Positions 36,151 through 48,061 of a stretch of 51,896 bases of DNA are shown one piece after another. Below the pieces are notes generated by a model that ran no database searches, was not told the origin of the DNA, and saw only the letters and a list, made by a program, of their open reading frames with translations. The stretch spans positions 551,856-603,751 of the forward strand of contig NW_019217900.1 in NCBI RefSeq assembly GCF_002571385.2. Reading direction: 5' to 3'. Positions within the stretch are counted from its first letter, which is position 1. Each line of letters begins with the position of its first letter. Source of the DNA: Stylophora pistillata (taxonomy: Eukaryota). The position numbers and the translations under genes are program-made.

Positions 36151-36654
36151 ATATTTATTAACTTACTTGAAGATAATTTGGATCTTTTGAAAAACATACA
36201 TAAAAATACTATTCAATATGAAGTAGACTCCAAAATCCAAAAATATCCAAGAGTGGATCAAGGAAATCCAATTCAAGAATGGTACAGGAGTGTGCCTAGA
36301 ATGTGCCTTTTTGCTCTACAGAAAAAATAATTTGATTATAATTTACAGCCTTTCTACAACTTCTTGTCTTTAGAATTTAGATGAGTGAACATTTGAAAAT
36401 GTACATGTGCCATATTTGTTGTTTACACTTGTGTTACAACTTTGCACTTATGTTACAAAAAAAATGCATGCTTTTGCAGCCAATCAGATGTGCTTAATTT
36501 TCTCATGTATATTATGACACCATTGCATCATACAATGATTCTAACTCCATGTGAAAAAACAGCTGTCAAAAAACATAACATCCTAAAATACACAATTATT
36601 TACATAACATTCATGCCCTTAAATTTATAAAGCATAATTCCTTCAAATCATGTT

Positions 36655-37040
36655 TACTGTATCAGTCGATATATCCATCCACAGATACATTGGTCGATAT
36701 ATCTGTCAATACAGCCATTGATATAGTGGTGGAGAGTTGGTGGTACTTGACTGATACATCGGTTGGTACTCAGTTCACACTCAGTTGATGCATGGTTGAC
36801 ACTCTGTCTATAGTTGGTTGACAGCCAGGCGATGGTAGATCCGTACAGTGACCAACTATAGGCTGAATGTGGTGGACCGATATATCCACCGACTATCAAC
36901 TGAGTCTTGACCAAGTATTGGTCAACTATCAACCGACTATCAACTGAGTGTTGACTAACTGTATTGGTTGATTAGCAACCATCTCTCGACTGTTATATTG
37001 CCAATGTACCAGTCAAGAGTACCTATAACTAACATGATCC
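36655..37040. repeat. Degenerate short-unit repeat (gtcgatata/actatcaaccgac type), probably a decayed DNA-transposon derivative
   Basis: Repeated ccgactatcaactgagt and its inverted counterparts; similar texture at 13990-14075. Confidence 0.5.
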
Positions 37041-37479
37041 ATTCCTTCTATGATACACTTACATTGATACATGTAAATAAGTTCGACAAATCCAATTTGG
37101 AGTACTTGGTGCACATAAAAGGATTTGTCTTTCGAGTGACTAATTAATTCAAACAGCAAAATTTTTTGTCCCAAATCTTACACATAAATTGGTACAATTT
37201 GATTTTAAATAACTTCATTTCCTTCTCTGACCAAAGTATAGGTTTGACCAATCAAGTTCAATGTGTGAGTCCAATGTTGAACTTAATTGTTGGGATTGAT
37301 CCTAAAAAAAAATTTCAAGTTGGTGCACCAAAAGTTTGATGCTTCAATCTGCCCTGTTTTTGTTTGAAGATGTATTTGGTCAATAAATAAAATCTGGTCA
37401 TGGGACAGGCAAAAGTCTGAAAAGTTGAGAGAATCAAGTCACAGCTTCCTTAACCATTCTTCAAGTGAAGGCTGCTAAG

Positions 37480-38493
37480 TTAAGATTCCACTAACTCAAC
37501 AAAACCCTTAACATCTATGAGTTTCCACATACTTTCGGTCAAGGATTTTCCTTCCACTTTGAACCACTGATATTTTCCTTTCAAACCTTCTTCAAAAGGT
37601 TGAAACACCTCTACAAGAACTGTAAGACGTACGCCATCCGCTGTTCCGTGAGGCTCTCCAGTGTGTTCAACATAAACGTAGCCATGTATTTTGTACTGTG
37701 CGTAGCTGTCAAAATCTTTAATTAGCAGATCAATGAGACGACTCACGTTTGAGCCATCCATCTCCACAGATTTGCTTGGTAAACAAGGAAAACAACTGGG
37801 GTTGCCATCACTGGTTGAGTTGTTACACACCAGACAAAAAATCGAGTTTTCATCATTCTTTTCCTTCCTTTTAACAGCCAACAAGCTTACTGTAACTTGC
37901 CCGAGGGAATTCTTCGCAGGAAGCAGTCTACAAATAGTCTGTTCTTGTTTAGTTTCATACCATTTCAGCCCGCAATCTATCAACGGGCAAATGTCCCTTG
38001 CTCTTAAGTTCAGAGAAGTGAACACTTCTTCAGCTGGAAACCAGCCAGCTTCCATCGACTCCTTGTCCTCTTCAGCCAAAGTTTTAAGCTTTCCTCCAGT
38101 AATACAACCCACGAAAGTGAATCGAAACCAAAAGGTTCCTTGAGAGTCGATGCAAATAATCGATAGTGGTTGAAAAGTAAGTCCAGTTTCCTCCAATACT
38201 TCTCTCATAACGCCTTCTTCTAGAGACTCGTTCTTTTCGACCCTGCCAGCTGGTAGATACCATGTTCCTCGGCAAGATTTCTTAGCTTCTCTCATCATCA
38301 GAATGCGCCCTTCGTTGATAACAACTGCAGTCACAATGTAGCAAACATTTTGTCCAAGAACTGCCATTCTTTCAGCTCGAGTATGGGGGTGTTTGGCGGC
38401 CTCTCTACCAAAATCGCAGGCACTGGATGGCGCTGTGGTTCTTCTAAATTTGCTAAAAATTGCGTTTTCAACATCATTGACGAGTTGATTCAT
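37480..38493 (-). CDS. NUDT18: Nudix hydrolase, 8-oxo-dGDP phosphatase NUDT18-like; single coding exon, 337 aa
   Basis: Nudix box GRVEKNESLEEGVMREVLEETGL; NUDT18-type context EAKKSCRGTWYLPAGR, WFRFTF, TGGKLKT..EDKESMEAGW, LRARDI and C-terminal VEHTGEPHGTADGVRL. Confidence 0.9.
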   Translation of the reverse strand: MNQLVNDVENAIFSKFRRTTAPSSACDFGREAAKHPHTRAERMAVLGQNVCYIVTAVVINEGRILMMREAKKSCRGTWYLPAGRVEKNESLEEGVMREVLEETGLTFQPLSIICIDSQGTFWFRFTFVGCITGGKLKTLAEEDKESMEAGWFPAEEVFTSLNLRARDICPLIDCGLKWYETKQEQTICRLLPAKNSLGQVTVSLLAVKRKEKNDENSIFCLVCNNSTSDGNPSCFPCLPSKSVEMDGSNVSRLIDLLIKDFDSYAQYKIHGYVYVEHTGEPHGTADGVRLTVLVEVFQPFEEGLKGKYQWFKVEGKSLTESMWKLIDVKGFVELVES

Positions 38494-38675
38494 ATTTCGG
38501 CCTTCGTCGACTGTTCATTAATTTTGAGAATACTTCCTGCTGAGAACATGATTTTTGCCGGAAAAATCCCTCAGGCAACTCGTTCCAGTTTCCTCACAGC
38601 GACCCGGAGGAAAAGTGCGGAACCACAGGATCACCAAGTTTCTTTTTTTTTACTTTCTAAACAGTTGATGCATAC

Positions 38676-39260
38676 GAGTTAATAACCAAGCGCGAGGTCA
38701 AGATGGCAGGGTATTGGCAGAGTTCTTTTTTTGCATTTTTATGGACCGAGACGAAGTGAATGTCCATAAAAATGCGAAAAAAGAACGAGGCTAATATTCA
38801 GCCATCTTGACTGAACAAGCTTGTTTAATAAAGGATTTATTAATCGCAAAAAGATTTCTCTTTAATAAGAATTGGGAATGACTTGTTTAATTCAAGAGCC
38901 TGGAAAGAAAGTCAACTTTGTGTGAAGCACAACAAACTCACGAGAATCATTTCTGTCTTCTTTGTTTTTACTATCTTCTGCCACTTTTTACATTTCCATT
39001 GCCGAAATTGTCCAAGAATTACAAATGTGGTTCTAATTCTAATTTTTTCATACATGGGATCAATACAGGCAATCCCAAGTAAGCAAGATGGGCCCATCTT
39101 ACCTGCTCAGATGGCCAATCAGAACACAGGATTCACTTCATCTTACCTGCTCAGGTAGCCAATCAGAACACAGGATTCACTTCATCTTACCTGCTCAGGT
39201 AGCCAATCAGAACACAGGATTCACTTCATCTTCCCCATGGGCGATGCGAGTAATGTAATA
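38676..39260. mobile_element. Interspersed repeat related to the 35836 family, ending in three tandem ~42-bp units
   Basis: ttaataaccaagcgcgaggtcaagatggc...cagccatcttgactgaacaagcttgtttaataaa; (catcttacctgctcaggtagccaatcagaacacaggattcactt)x3 at about 39095-39232. Confidence 0.7.
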
Positions 39261-39819
39261 AGGAACAATATTACTTGGGTTAGCTTGTTTTTGTTTTGGT
39301 TTGTTTTGTTTTTTAATCTTAGTTTGCAATTAAATAGAGGTTATCTGGGGGATAAAATAAACTGATATTTGTATTGCTTGCTAAACTACAAAACTTACGA
39401 AGTCAAACTGTCTCCTTTAAGCTCAAACAGGCCTCCTTTTCTTGCATTTCAAGGGAGGGGAGAGAGACATGATACGCACTTGTAGGGCGTGTGTAAAGCT
39501 CCTCTCCTGTGAGTGAGAGAAGCTTGAAACTTATGTCTGCTGGCCTGAAAAAACGACACTTGGTATACCAGCTGACCTTTGGTCAACCTTTTAAAGAAGA
39601 TTTCTACTCTTGGCACATACTACAAAACAAAGATAAGATATCTTTCATTTCATATCTTTTTTCATACATGATATGACTTAATTTTATTCTTAAGTAAGTA
39701 ATATTCTTTGTAAATAATTTTTATCCATTTTATTTGTGTCCCCACATTAGTATGGGATATCTCCCAAACTTGAAGGTTCTTTGACACGTTAATAAAGTTA
39801 CTATCTATCTATCTATTAC

Positions 39820-40160
39820 ATATACAAGGCTAAAAGATTAGGAAAAAATTATTAACACCTCTGAACCTGCAAAACACTTGCAGAAAAATCCATCACATTT
39901 TTTCACTTGGCATGTTCTCTCCTCAGCAGAAACATTCCACAAGTGTAGGATCGTCGTGGGGCTAATAATCCAACAATTCTGCCCCAGTTTGAACAAACAA
40001 GTTATTTCTTCTGTCTCCAAACTTTTCCCATCGGGAATCACATAAGATATATATGTATGTACAGACGGTCATTATTTTCAACTCTGACGATGGCAAACAG
40101 CCGAAAAAGTTTGGTTTACACATTTTAATAATTTTTTCCTAATCTTTTAGCCTTGTATAA
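39820..40160. mobile_element. Probable Penelope-like remnant with 35-bp inverted ends and a hammerhead-like core
   Basis: tatacaaggctaaaagattaggaaaaaattattaa (39821-39855) is inverted at about 40125-40159; CTGACGA-t-ggc-aaaca-gcc-GAAA at 40084-40106. Confidence 0.5.
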
Positions 40161-40622
40161 TTATATAACATCTTTTATCAAGCGAACATTATGGACAAAG
40201 ATAAGATAAGTTTCACACAAGTTTCCTGGTAACAAACCTTTCGACCATCTGTCAGACCCTGTTTTGCTTTTATTTGGTAAAAGACTTACACTTTTGTACT
40301 AATCTAGAAATGACATTCATGTACCACATAGTCTGTTCACCCATTACGGTACTCAAAAACAGTCTTTAACAGCTTTGTAACACTATTTCTCCACATACTG
40401 ATAGTTTCACCTGAGACACTGTGGTGATGTATGGAGCCCAGTCCACTCTATTCAATATTGGACTCTTAACAGCCAACCAGAATAGAGCCTTTGTAAAATT
40501 GGGCCCTGGACAATTAGTGAGCAGAGCAGGCTGTTTTGTTATGGACTGCACATCAATGGACGTTTCTAAGCTGCAAAACCTATGATTCCATCTGCAAGGC
40601 TCTTTTAATTATGATTTCCTAT

Positions 40623-43600
40623 TTAGAAAGCATAGGTTTTTCTAGAGGTGAGGGCAGGCGAATAAATAGGTTCCATCCAATGTAGTAGAAGAAAAACAAA
40701 GGCCACAACTGCAAATATGCAGATGAACACAAACAACACAGTCTTTGGAATAATCAGTTCATCAACCTCAATCTGTAGGAACATAACAAAAGAATTAGAT
40801 TACTTTGAGGGTTAATGATCAGAATGCACATTCTCCATACTGTTTTCTATACAATTCCTAAGGTGCTGACAAGGAGAATTTGTTTTAACAGTCAAGAGCT
40901 TCTTTAGTTGGAGATCATTTCCTTTTTTCTCAAGACCTTAATGTGTGATTCAGGTGTGATATTGTAAAGAGAAATTAGATACTGATCACTCTAGGAGTCA
41001 AAGGATTAAGTATCAAACACTGTCAAGGACATAAGTCTTTTTCAGAAGTACCCACCTGGTAGAGTGCCAGACTACCATGCGGGAGGTCAAGGGTTCGACC
41101 CCCAGACTGGACCAACACACAAGATCTTAAAAATAACTGAGGAGAATGTGCTACCTTTCTATCATATCAAGAAATGGATAGACATTCTAGTCTTCTCAAA
41201 TAAGGGCAAACAAACCATAGGCTCCATCTCCTGCATTTTCTCTATATTGGTTAGCAGGGGACATTAAAGAACCCACACACCTATTGCAAAGAGTAGTGAA
41301 CATAGCTCCCAGTGTTGTAAAGGCTGATAGTTTTGAAGAAACTGTTTGGGGCTGCGTCGGTGGGAGTAACAAAATAATTTGGATATATCAACAAAGTTGA
41401 AATGGTAAATTGGCCACCATAACGATTACAAAAGCTGACGTTTCGAGCGTTAGCCCTTCGTCGGAGCGAATAGAGGAATTGTGGGTTGTGTGTGCTTTTA
41501 AAGGCAGAGAATGGAGCTACGTTATTGGTGGGAACATGGCAACGAGAAAAACAAGAATAAATTAGTGGAATGAAAAGCGTTCGTTGATCCCTGTGGGATT
41601 TAGACTGCCGGTTTGAAAGATGAGCTTTTGTTCAAGATTTTTACGGCTTTCCGTGCTACCTAAGTGTAAGGAAAGACCGCAGATTGCCATATGTTGCTTA
41701 GAATGATTAGGTAAATTAAAATGTCTAGCGACTGGTTTCGATGTGTCCTTGTCATTCCTTTCCACGTCTCGAAGGTGTTCTCGGAATCGGTCACCTAGTC
41801 TTCTGCCTGTTTCGCCGATGTATATCTTTTTGCAATAAGTGCAAGTTATGCAATAGATTACATTGGCGGAGGTGCACGTGAAGTGATCGGTGATCTTAAT
41901 GGATCGTTTAGGTCCCGATATTTTATCAGTGTTGTGAATGAAAGGACACGTTTTGCATCGTGCACGAGCGCATTTAAAAGTGCCTGGTTGGTCATTAGTC
42001 TGAAAAGAACTTCTGACCAAAAAATTGCCTATGTTTTTGTCGCGTTTGAATGAAATGAGCGGAGGCTGCGAAAAGATAGTGCTTGTCTCTGGATCGTTTT
42101 GAAGTAATTTAAAGTTTTTAAGAATGATGGATTTAACTGAGTGGTTGTGAGGGTGAAACGTGAGAGTGAATGGAATGCGGTCGGAATCTTCCTTATGTAT
42201 AGGTAGCACGGAAAGCCGTAAAAATCTTGAACAAAAGCTCATCTTTCAAACCGGCAGTCTAAATCCCACAGGGATCAACGAACGCTTTTCATTCCACTAA
42301 TTTATTCTTGTTTTTCTCGTTGCCATGTTCCCACCAATAACGTAGCTCCATTTTCTGCCTTTAAAAGCACACACAACCCACAATTCCTCTATTCGCTCCG
42401 ACAAAGGGCTAACGCTCGAACGTCAGCTTTTGTAATTGTTACGGTGGCCAATTTATCATTTCAACTTTGTTGATATATCCAAATTATCCCAGTGTTGTAG
42501 TCTGGTCTTTTTACTGAAATTGGGGTAGGGAATAGGAAAAGGTAATTTACCTAGTAGTGGACAAACTTGTCCTATCGTAAATTTACCTGCTTTGGCAAAT
42601 TGTTAAATACAAATACAAATACAAATACCCCCACCCAGTTGATTAAACATCACAATCAACCATCACCAGTAGGTTCAAACTATTTGCTGTGGTTCTTTCC
42701 CTGGGTTACCAACCTTTTTAGCAGTGGATCCTGCCAGTTCCTCCTCTGGGGTTTTTCTTGGCCAGAGAACCAAAATCACAGTGAGAAGAACAAGAAGAAA
42801 AAATATCCCCACCACTGAATTTCTAAAACAAGAGAAACATCCTTATGAAAGTTAGCCAATTAAAAAATGATTCCATGTTGCCATGCATCTTTCAGTAATG
42901 GATCACAAACAATGTCAAAAATGTCATAAGAACAAAAAATTGGCAGACAATAGTCAACCAATTGTTTAAATTATGTTCTTACGGCATTTTGAAATCTTTT
43001 GTGATCTGTTACTTAACAGACCCACAGCATCATGGAATCTATTAGTTGTATTTGATGGGGAAGAAAAACATGGGCTAAGACAAAACACTGACCCCCCTTA
43101 CTGACCCCCTCTTAAATTCACTGGAAATCATGAATTGAAGCTAACGATAACAACCTAACGATACAAAATTACGATATAATAATACACTCACCTCTTAAAT
43201 TCTAAAATGGCGGAAGATGGTCGATCTGTTTAATGCCGCGCTTACAGTCTGCCGTTGTCCAAACTCATTTTACTACAATTGTTAGTTCTCCTAACTCATA
43301 AACGAGTGACAAATGTGTCAAAACATTATGTACTGCGTTGTATACATTTCCACCGAAAAGGATCGTTTTTCTTCGACCAAAGTGTAAGAAACTGGACGTT
43401 TGAAGTGTTTTAGTAGTGCCAGGTCACGTTCTAATTCCCATGGTGATGGCTTTTCCTTCATTTGTTAAGAGGTTTCATTTCTTTTTGTTTATTCTTCTTT
43501 TTGGTGGAACGCAGTTCCCATCTGCCACTCATTTATGAGCATAGGAAAACTAACAATCGTGGTAAAACGAGTTTGGATGATGGCAGACTCGTGGTATTAA

Positions 43601-44778
43601 GCAGATCGACCATCTCCCGCCATTTTGAAATTTAAGAGTTTAGTGTATTATTATATCGTAATTTTGTATTGTTAGGTTGTCATCGTTAGCTTCAATTTAT
43701 GATTTCCAGTGAATTTAAGAGGGGGTCAGTAGACCCAGGGTCAGTGTTTTGTCCTAGCCCGAAAAACACTCAATAATGACATCATCTATGCATTTGTCCA
43801 GCTAAAGATCACTAAATCCAATCAAAATGAGTGCATAGTGCCGCTTATATACTACAAGATGAAAAACATTGATTACACATTGATTAGACACATTTTACAT
43901 TCTTTTAGTTGTTGCTACAGTACAAGGAAATGACATCGAGAAATTTTTGCTGACAGATTCAAAATTTTCAATATTGCTGAGTTCATTCGATGATTTCCGA
44001 CAATAAATATGAAATTTAAGTGATATTAAATGTGACGGAGGTGTTAACATTAAATAGAATTTTGCTAGTTGGCCACAAAAATTAATTATAACATAACCAA
44101 AGCAAAGCGCGCGCTCTGATTGGTCAATTTACTCATGGGTGTACGCTGCTGACATGAGCAAATGCAAAGACTATTTTTCCCTGCGCGCTTGTTTTTTCTG
44201 GTCACATAAGATTTGTTAGATAAAAGGGAAGTCTTTAACTACAATGTATCAATGTTATGTTATAAAACAAATGGCAAACACCACAGTGTACACTATTGAG
44301 TTATGGATGCACTTGCTAAGCACAAAAGAAGCGTAAGAGTTGCTCGAGGCAATAGCCGAGAACGACTCTAGCTTCTTGAGTGCTTAGCAAACCTCCCAAG
44401 TGCATCCACAACTCAATAGTGTACGCTGTGGTGTTTACCATTTGTTAAAGACGCTGGCCAAGGAAAAGTGTTGGTACTAGCTACACATCTAGATGCAAGT
44501 TCTAAACTCAGAGAAATTTCTGCAAAACACATTATGAAATTAAAAACGGTTAAGCCCCCGTTCTTTCCTTTACAGAGTTAAGAACATAACTGAGAAGTAG
44601 GAAAAAAAGAGATCGATGGAAAGCCATAAAGTTGAACCAAACTGTTCTCCAAGGATCGTTATTGTACTTACTTCAACCCCCCTGAGGCTCTTGACAAAAC
44701 GACGCATCCTATTATGCCAAGACTCCAAAATATCAGCACTAGTAATACACCAAGTCCCATCCCTGCCACCACAGCCAT
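40623..44778 (-). CDS. TMEM218: Transmembrane protein 218 (ciliary transition-zone protein), 3 coding exons, 121 aa
   Basis: Exons 44672-44778, 42714-42822, 40623-40772; 366 nt in frame. MAVVAGMGLGVLLVLIFWSLGIIGCVVLSRASG...LTVILVLWPR...VDELIIPKTVLFVFICIF...LLHWMEPIYSPAL matches the TMEM218 pattern (three TM helices, LSRASG, xPR, EPIY). Confidence 0.88.
41320..42486 (-). mobile_element. 5'-truncated Penelope-like element: GIY-YIG endonuclease C-terminus, pseudo-LTR and inverted pseudo-LTR; 13-bp TSD
   Basis: ORF 41562-42242 CARARCKTCPFI...FTCTSANVIYCITCTYCKKIYIGETGRRLGDRFREH...PVARHFN...GINER. About 41376-41661 is inverted at about 42201-42486. tcccagtgttgta at 41307-41319 and 42487-42499. 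Confidence 0.92.
41433..41468 (-). ncRNA. Minimal hammerhead ribozyme-like motif in the Penelope pseudo-LTR
   Basis: Minus strand cgctCCGACGAagggctaacgctcGAAAcgTCagct. Confidence 0.6.
43072..43760. mobile_element. MITE with long imperfect TIRs and ~9-bp TSD (Mutator-like), nested in an older repeat
   Basis: gggctaagacaaaacactgaccc...gggtcagtgttttgtcctagccc; arms about 230 bp; flanks gaaaaacat / gaaaaacac. Confidence 0.82.
44262..44448. mobile_element. Palindromic MITE
   Basis: aacaaatggcaaacaccacagtgtacactattgagttatggatgcacttg mirrored by caagtgcatccacaactcaatagtgtacgctgtggtgtttaccatttgtt. Confidence 0.8.
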
Positions 44779-44784
44779 GTCGCT

Positions 44785-44835
44785 TCACGTACAAAACTCT
44801 TGTTTGAGGGCAATTTCTTTCGTTGTTTCCGCCAT
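44785..44835 (-). promoter_or_regulatory. 16-codon upstream ORF, in frame with TMEM218
   Basis: ccaacATGGCGGAA...TGT ACG TGA AGC GAC ATG; encodes MAETTKEIALKQEFCT*. Whether it lies inside the mRNA is unknown. Confidence 0.5.
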
Positions 44836-45269
44836 GTTGGATTTTTTACCATTTATTCCATGTATGCTGCATGCAGTATATCATACATGAACGAGAAGAC
44901 CGCCGGGAAGGCCGACGCCAGGCTATGTGAAACCTTCTTCCGTGCTCTTGGCCGAGATGACGGATGATGTCTTTGCTTTATTATTCTGTGATTGCTACAT
45001 AAAATTAGCTTCACCCTCTCTCAACCAATCACATGGAAAAGTGAAACCAATCGTTGCATTTTCCGCGCTTCAGATGTTTGCTTATTTTTAACTTGAGTTC
45101 TCATTGGCTGCTCGTGATATTTTTTTTCGCTCCAGGAACGAAGAAAAATATCACGACATTCATTACGACATTCATTAAAAACACACTTTCAGAAGAGAGA
45201 CGAAACCACAATACATTTGCCGCTTTCTGTTTACAGCTTGATATGTTTACCTTGAACTTGAACTTTATT

Positions 45270-46860
45270 TTTATTTAGACACGGTAAATCTATCAGACGA
45301 GTAATAATATCATTACATATATCTTATTAACCAAGCGCGAGGGCTGTACTGGGAGAATATCGGCCCGAGGTCTTGACAGTACGGACCGAGCGCAGCGAGG
45401 TCCGTACAAAAAAGACCGAGGGCCGATATTCTTCCAGTACGGTCCCGAGCAAGCTTGGTTAATGAGAGATTTACTATATGACTAGAGTTCAAAGGGACAC
45501 AAGTGCGGTATGATTCGGGACCATTCGGGACAGTGCCCGGTCCAATACTGAGAGAATATTGACCGGCAATAGAGAATTTTGATTGGTTGATTTTAGTTAT
45601 TGGCCCTCTGACTGCCCGAGTCGTGTAATAAAATCTATTATTACAATTACAATCTACTTTAATCTATATAAACATGATCTAAAATTTAAAAGTGAAATAG
45701 AAAAATAAAGAAATTCTGCTTTACATAGATGCCGTGTGCGTTTTGTCGATTCAGACTAAGAAATCGCGACAACTATTTTGAAAAGATACAAGTGATTTTG
45801 CTTGCCGCAATTCAGGGGACAAGCTACTCCAGATAACCGCACCGTAATAGCTAAAGCTATTTTTCAGGAAATTGGTACGGGGCAATGGAACAGTTTGTTT
45901 TCAGAGTTCCTTAGATTATAAGGAGGATTATATTTAGTGAAAAGAGAATTAAGATAGTCGGGCGCAAGACCATGTATAGATTTATAGACCATGGTGGCCA
46001 CTTGTATTTGTCGCTGAGTATCTAACCATCTCCAGTTAAGTTGCTCAAAAAGAGGATCAGCGCTTGTGTCATAAATGGAAAAGGTCAGAATACGGGCAGC
46101 CAGGTTTTGCAACTTTTGGAGCTTATTCGAACGACCCTTGTTACAATGCCCCCAGACCTCGCTGCAGTAATTAAAGTACGGTTGAACTAAGGCATTGAAA
46201 ACGGACTCAAGCGTGGTTCGGTTAACGAAAGGCCTACAACGTTTAATTGCTCCAATGCCCCATGCGACATTCTTGGCTATTTTTTCAACGTGCATATTCG
46301 TGAAAGGTTTTCGTCTATATGGAAACCCAGAGATTTAACCGAGCTACCTTGTTTTATTATGTCACCACCTACGATTAATTTAGGGGAAGTTATGGTAAGT
46401 ACCTATCCTTTGCCGCGATCCAATTAACATGAGTTCAGTTTTAGATGAATTTAGAGTCAATTTGTTTGCAGTGAGCCATGTATTAACATTGGATGGGTCG
46501 TCATTCATAAAATCATTGATCATTTCTATGTTGTTACTGGCAAAGGTCAGGTGAGTATCGTCGGCATACATACATGCAACTGAATCAGACAGGCAATTAG
46601 GAAGATCATTTATGTATAAAACAAAAAGCAAAGGTCCTCGAATTGTTCCTTGCGGAATTCCACAAGTGAGAACTTGACTAATTGAGAGCGAACCATTTAC
46701 GAAATATGGTTGATTGCGATTATCTATGTATGACCTACACCATTTATAAGCGATACCGCGGATACCATATTCGAATAATTTTGACATAAGAATTGTATGG
46801 TCAACGGTAACAAAAGCCTTTTTTAGGTCGAGAAAAACAACTGCATCTATACTGCCTCGG
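45270..46860 (-). mobile_element. Decayed 5'-truncated LINE (RT domain to 3' end), interrupted by a MITE
   Basis: VFLDLKKAFVTVDH, CGIPQGTIRGPLLFVLYINDLP, MYADDTHL, ANKLTLNSSKTE, PYFNYCSEVWG, KLQKLQNLAARILT. Confidence 0.9.
45316..45631. mobile_element. Internally palindromic interspersed repeat/MITE, copy 2
   Basis: Co-linear with and highly similar to 35836-36150, same orientation. Confidence 0.85.
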
Positions 46861-48061
46861 TTTGAAGAGGTGAATTTAATTTAAAAAAAATTCTTGAGCA
46901 AGGTACAATTAAAGCTGATGTAATTAACTTACTTTTTCAGGAACATTTTACAGTTTTAAACAGCTTGTCCAATCATTAACTGGTCTAATTAGATTTGAAC
47001 AGTTACAACAAACTGTACCTTAAAGTAAATCATACAAACAGTACTGGAAACCAAGGTGACCGTTTGCAGGATTTTCAGTTAAATTTCCCCATCAAAAAAA
47101 ACCATCACAAAAATATGTTTTGTTACGAAGAGGAAAGCAAGCTAGGTAGGTATTTACAATTGTATGAGAAGTTGAAACTTCCCTATAAATAACAAATAAT
47201 CACAAATAATTAAGATCCTCAATACCTCCAAAGACAAAAAAGAAAAGTCTCGAAAGCAGATAACATATTGCGTATCCCTTCCATTCCCAAGTTATAAATT
47301 AAAATTCTCTAAAACGATCTAAAAAAAATTGGTGGAAGATTTTGGAAAACATTTCTTCTCACAGCAACGAAAGAAACCGGCTTTCACCGACGCTTTTTTC
47401 TGGGGCAAAAATAAAAAGGATTTCAGGCTTCGAAAAATCAATAGCATTTTTTAGAAAAATAGGTGTCATGAGTATATCAAATTTTTAGACATAAGACTTC
47501 TTCAGAATTTCAACCATTTTTCAAATATATCTGAAATATCGATTTCTATAGATTAATCTTGCCTGGTCAAAACATCATATTCTATCTATTCTAAGGAAAT
47601 AAAAAAAGAAAGAGAGAGAGAGAAAGGGAAAGCTAATCGTCTCTCTTCATTAACATGATTCTCAGTTTCACAAAGAGAAACTTCTATTCTCGTTGACACA
47701 TCACTGAGGGCTCCACATGTCCTCGGAAGTCATCGGCTCATCATCACAGCTGCAAGGATTAGACGACTCGTGTCTTCCGACTCCTTAAGCAAGGAAAGCC
47801 TAGTTTTCTATTAATTTCTCTCGAGACACTCCTCACTAACGAGGTCTGTTGAAAATTGCCGTGACAACATTCTTGCTGACCTCTGTAAAACTCATGATCA
47901 ACTTCAGATTCACTCTGCTGTTTTAAAGCCGAGTACTCTTCATACGGGAGAAATTGAATTTTTGACCAAGACTCTACTTCTCACCACCTGTCAGTTGAAT
48001 TTATTATGCTGTGGTGGTGAGAATTTCTTAACTGATCTTTGCTGGACTTGGAAAAAAGCTT

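Larger units (their letters stand above)
41058..42628 (+). mobile_element. tRNA-derived SINE (Nin-domain-like) with (AAATAC)n tail, split by a Penelope insertion
   Basis: ggtagagtgc...gggttcgacccc...ggaccaacacacaagatcttaaaaataactgaggagaa...ggacattaaagaacccacac...aagagtag; continues after 42487 to aaatacaaatacaaatac. Confidence 0.75.

Noticed and set aside
37733-38143. 136-aa plus-strand ORF
   Set aside because: Antisense shadow of NUDT18.
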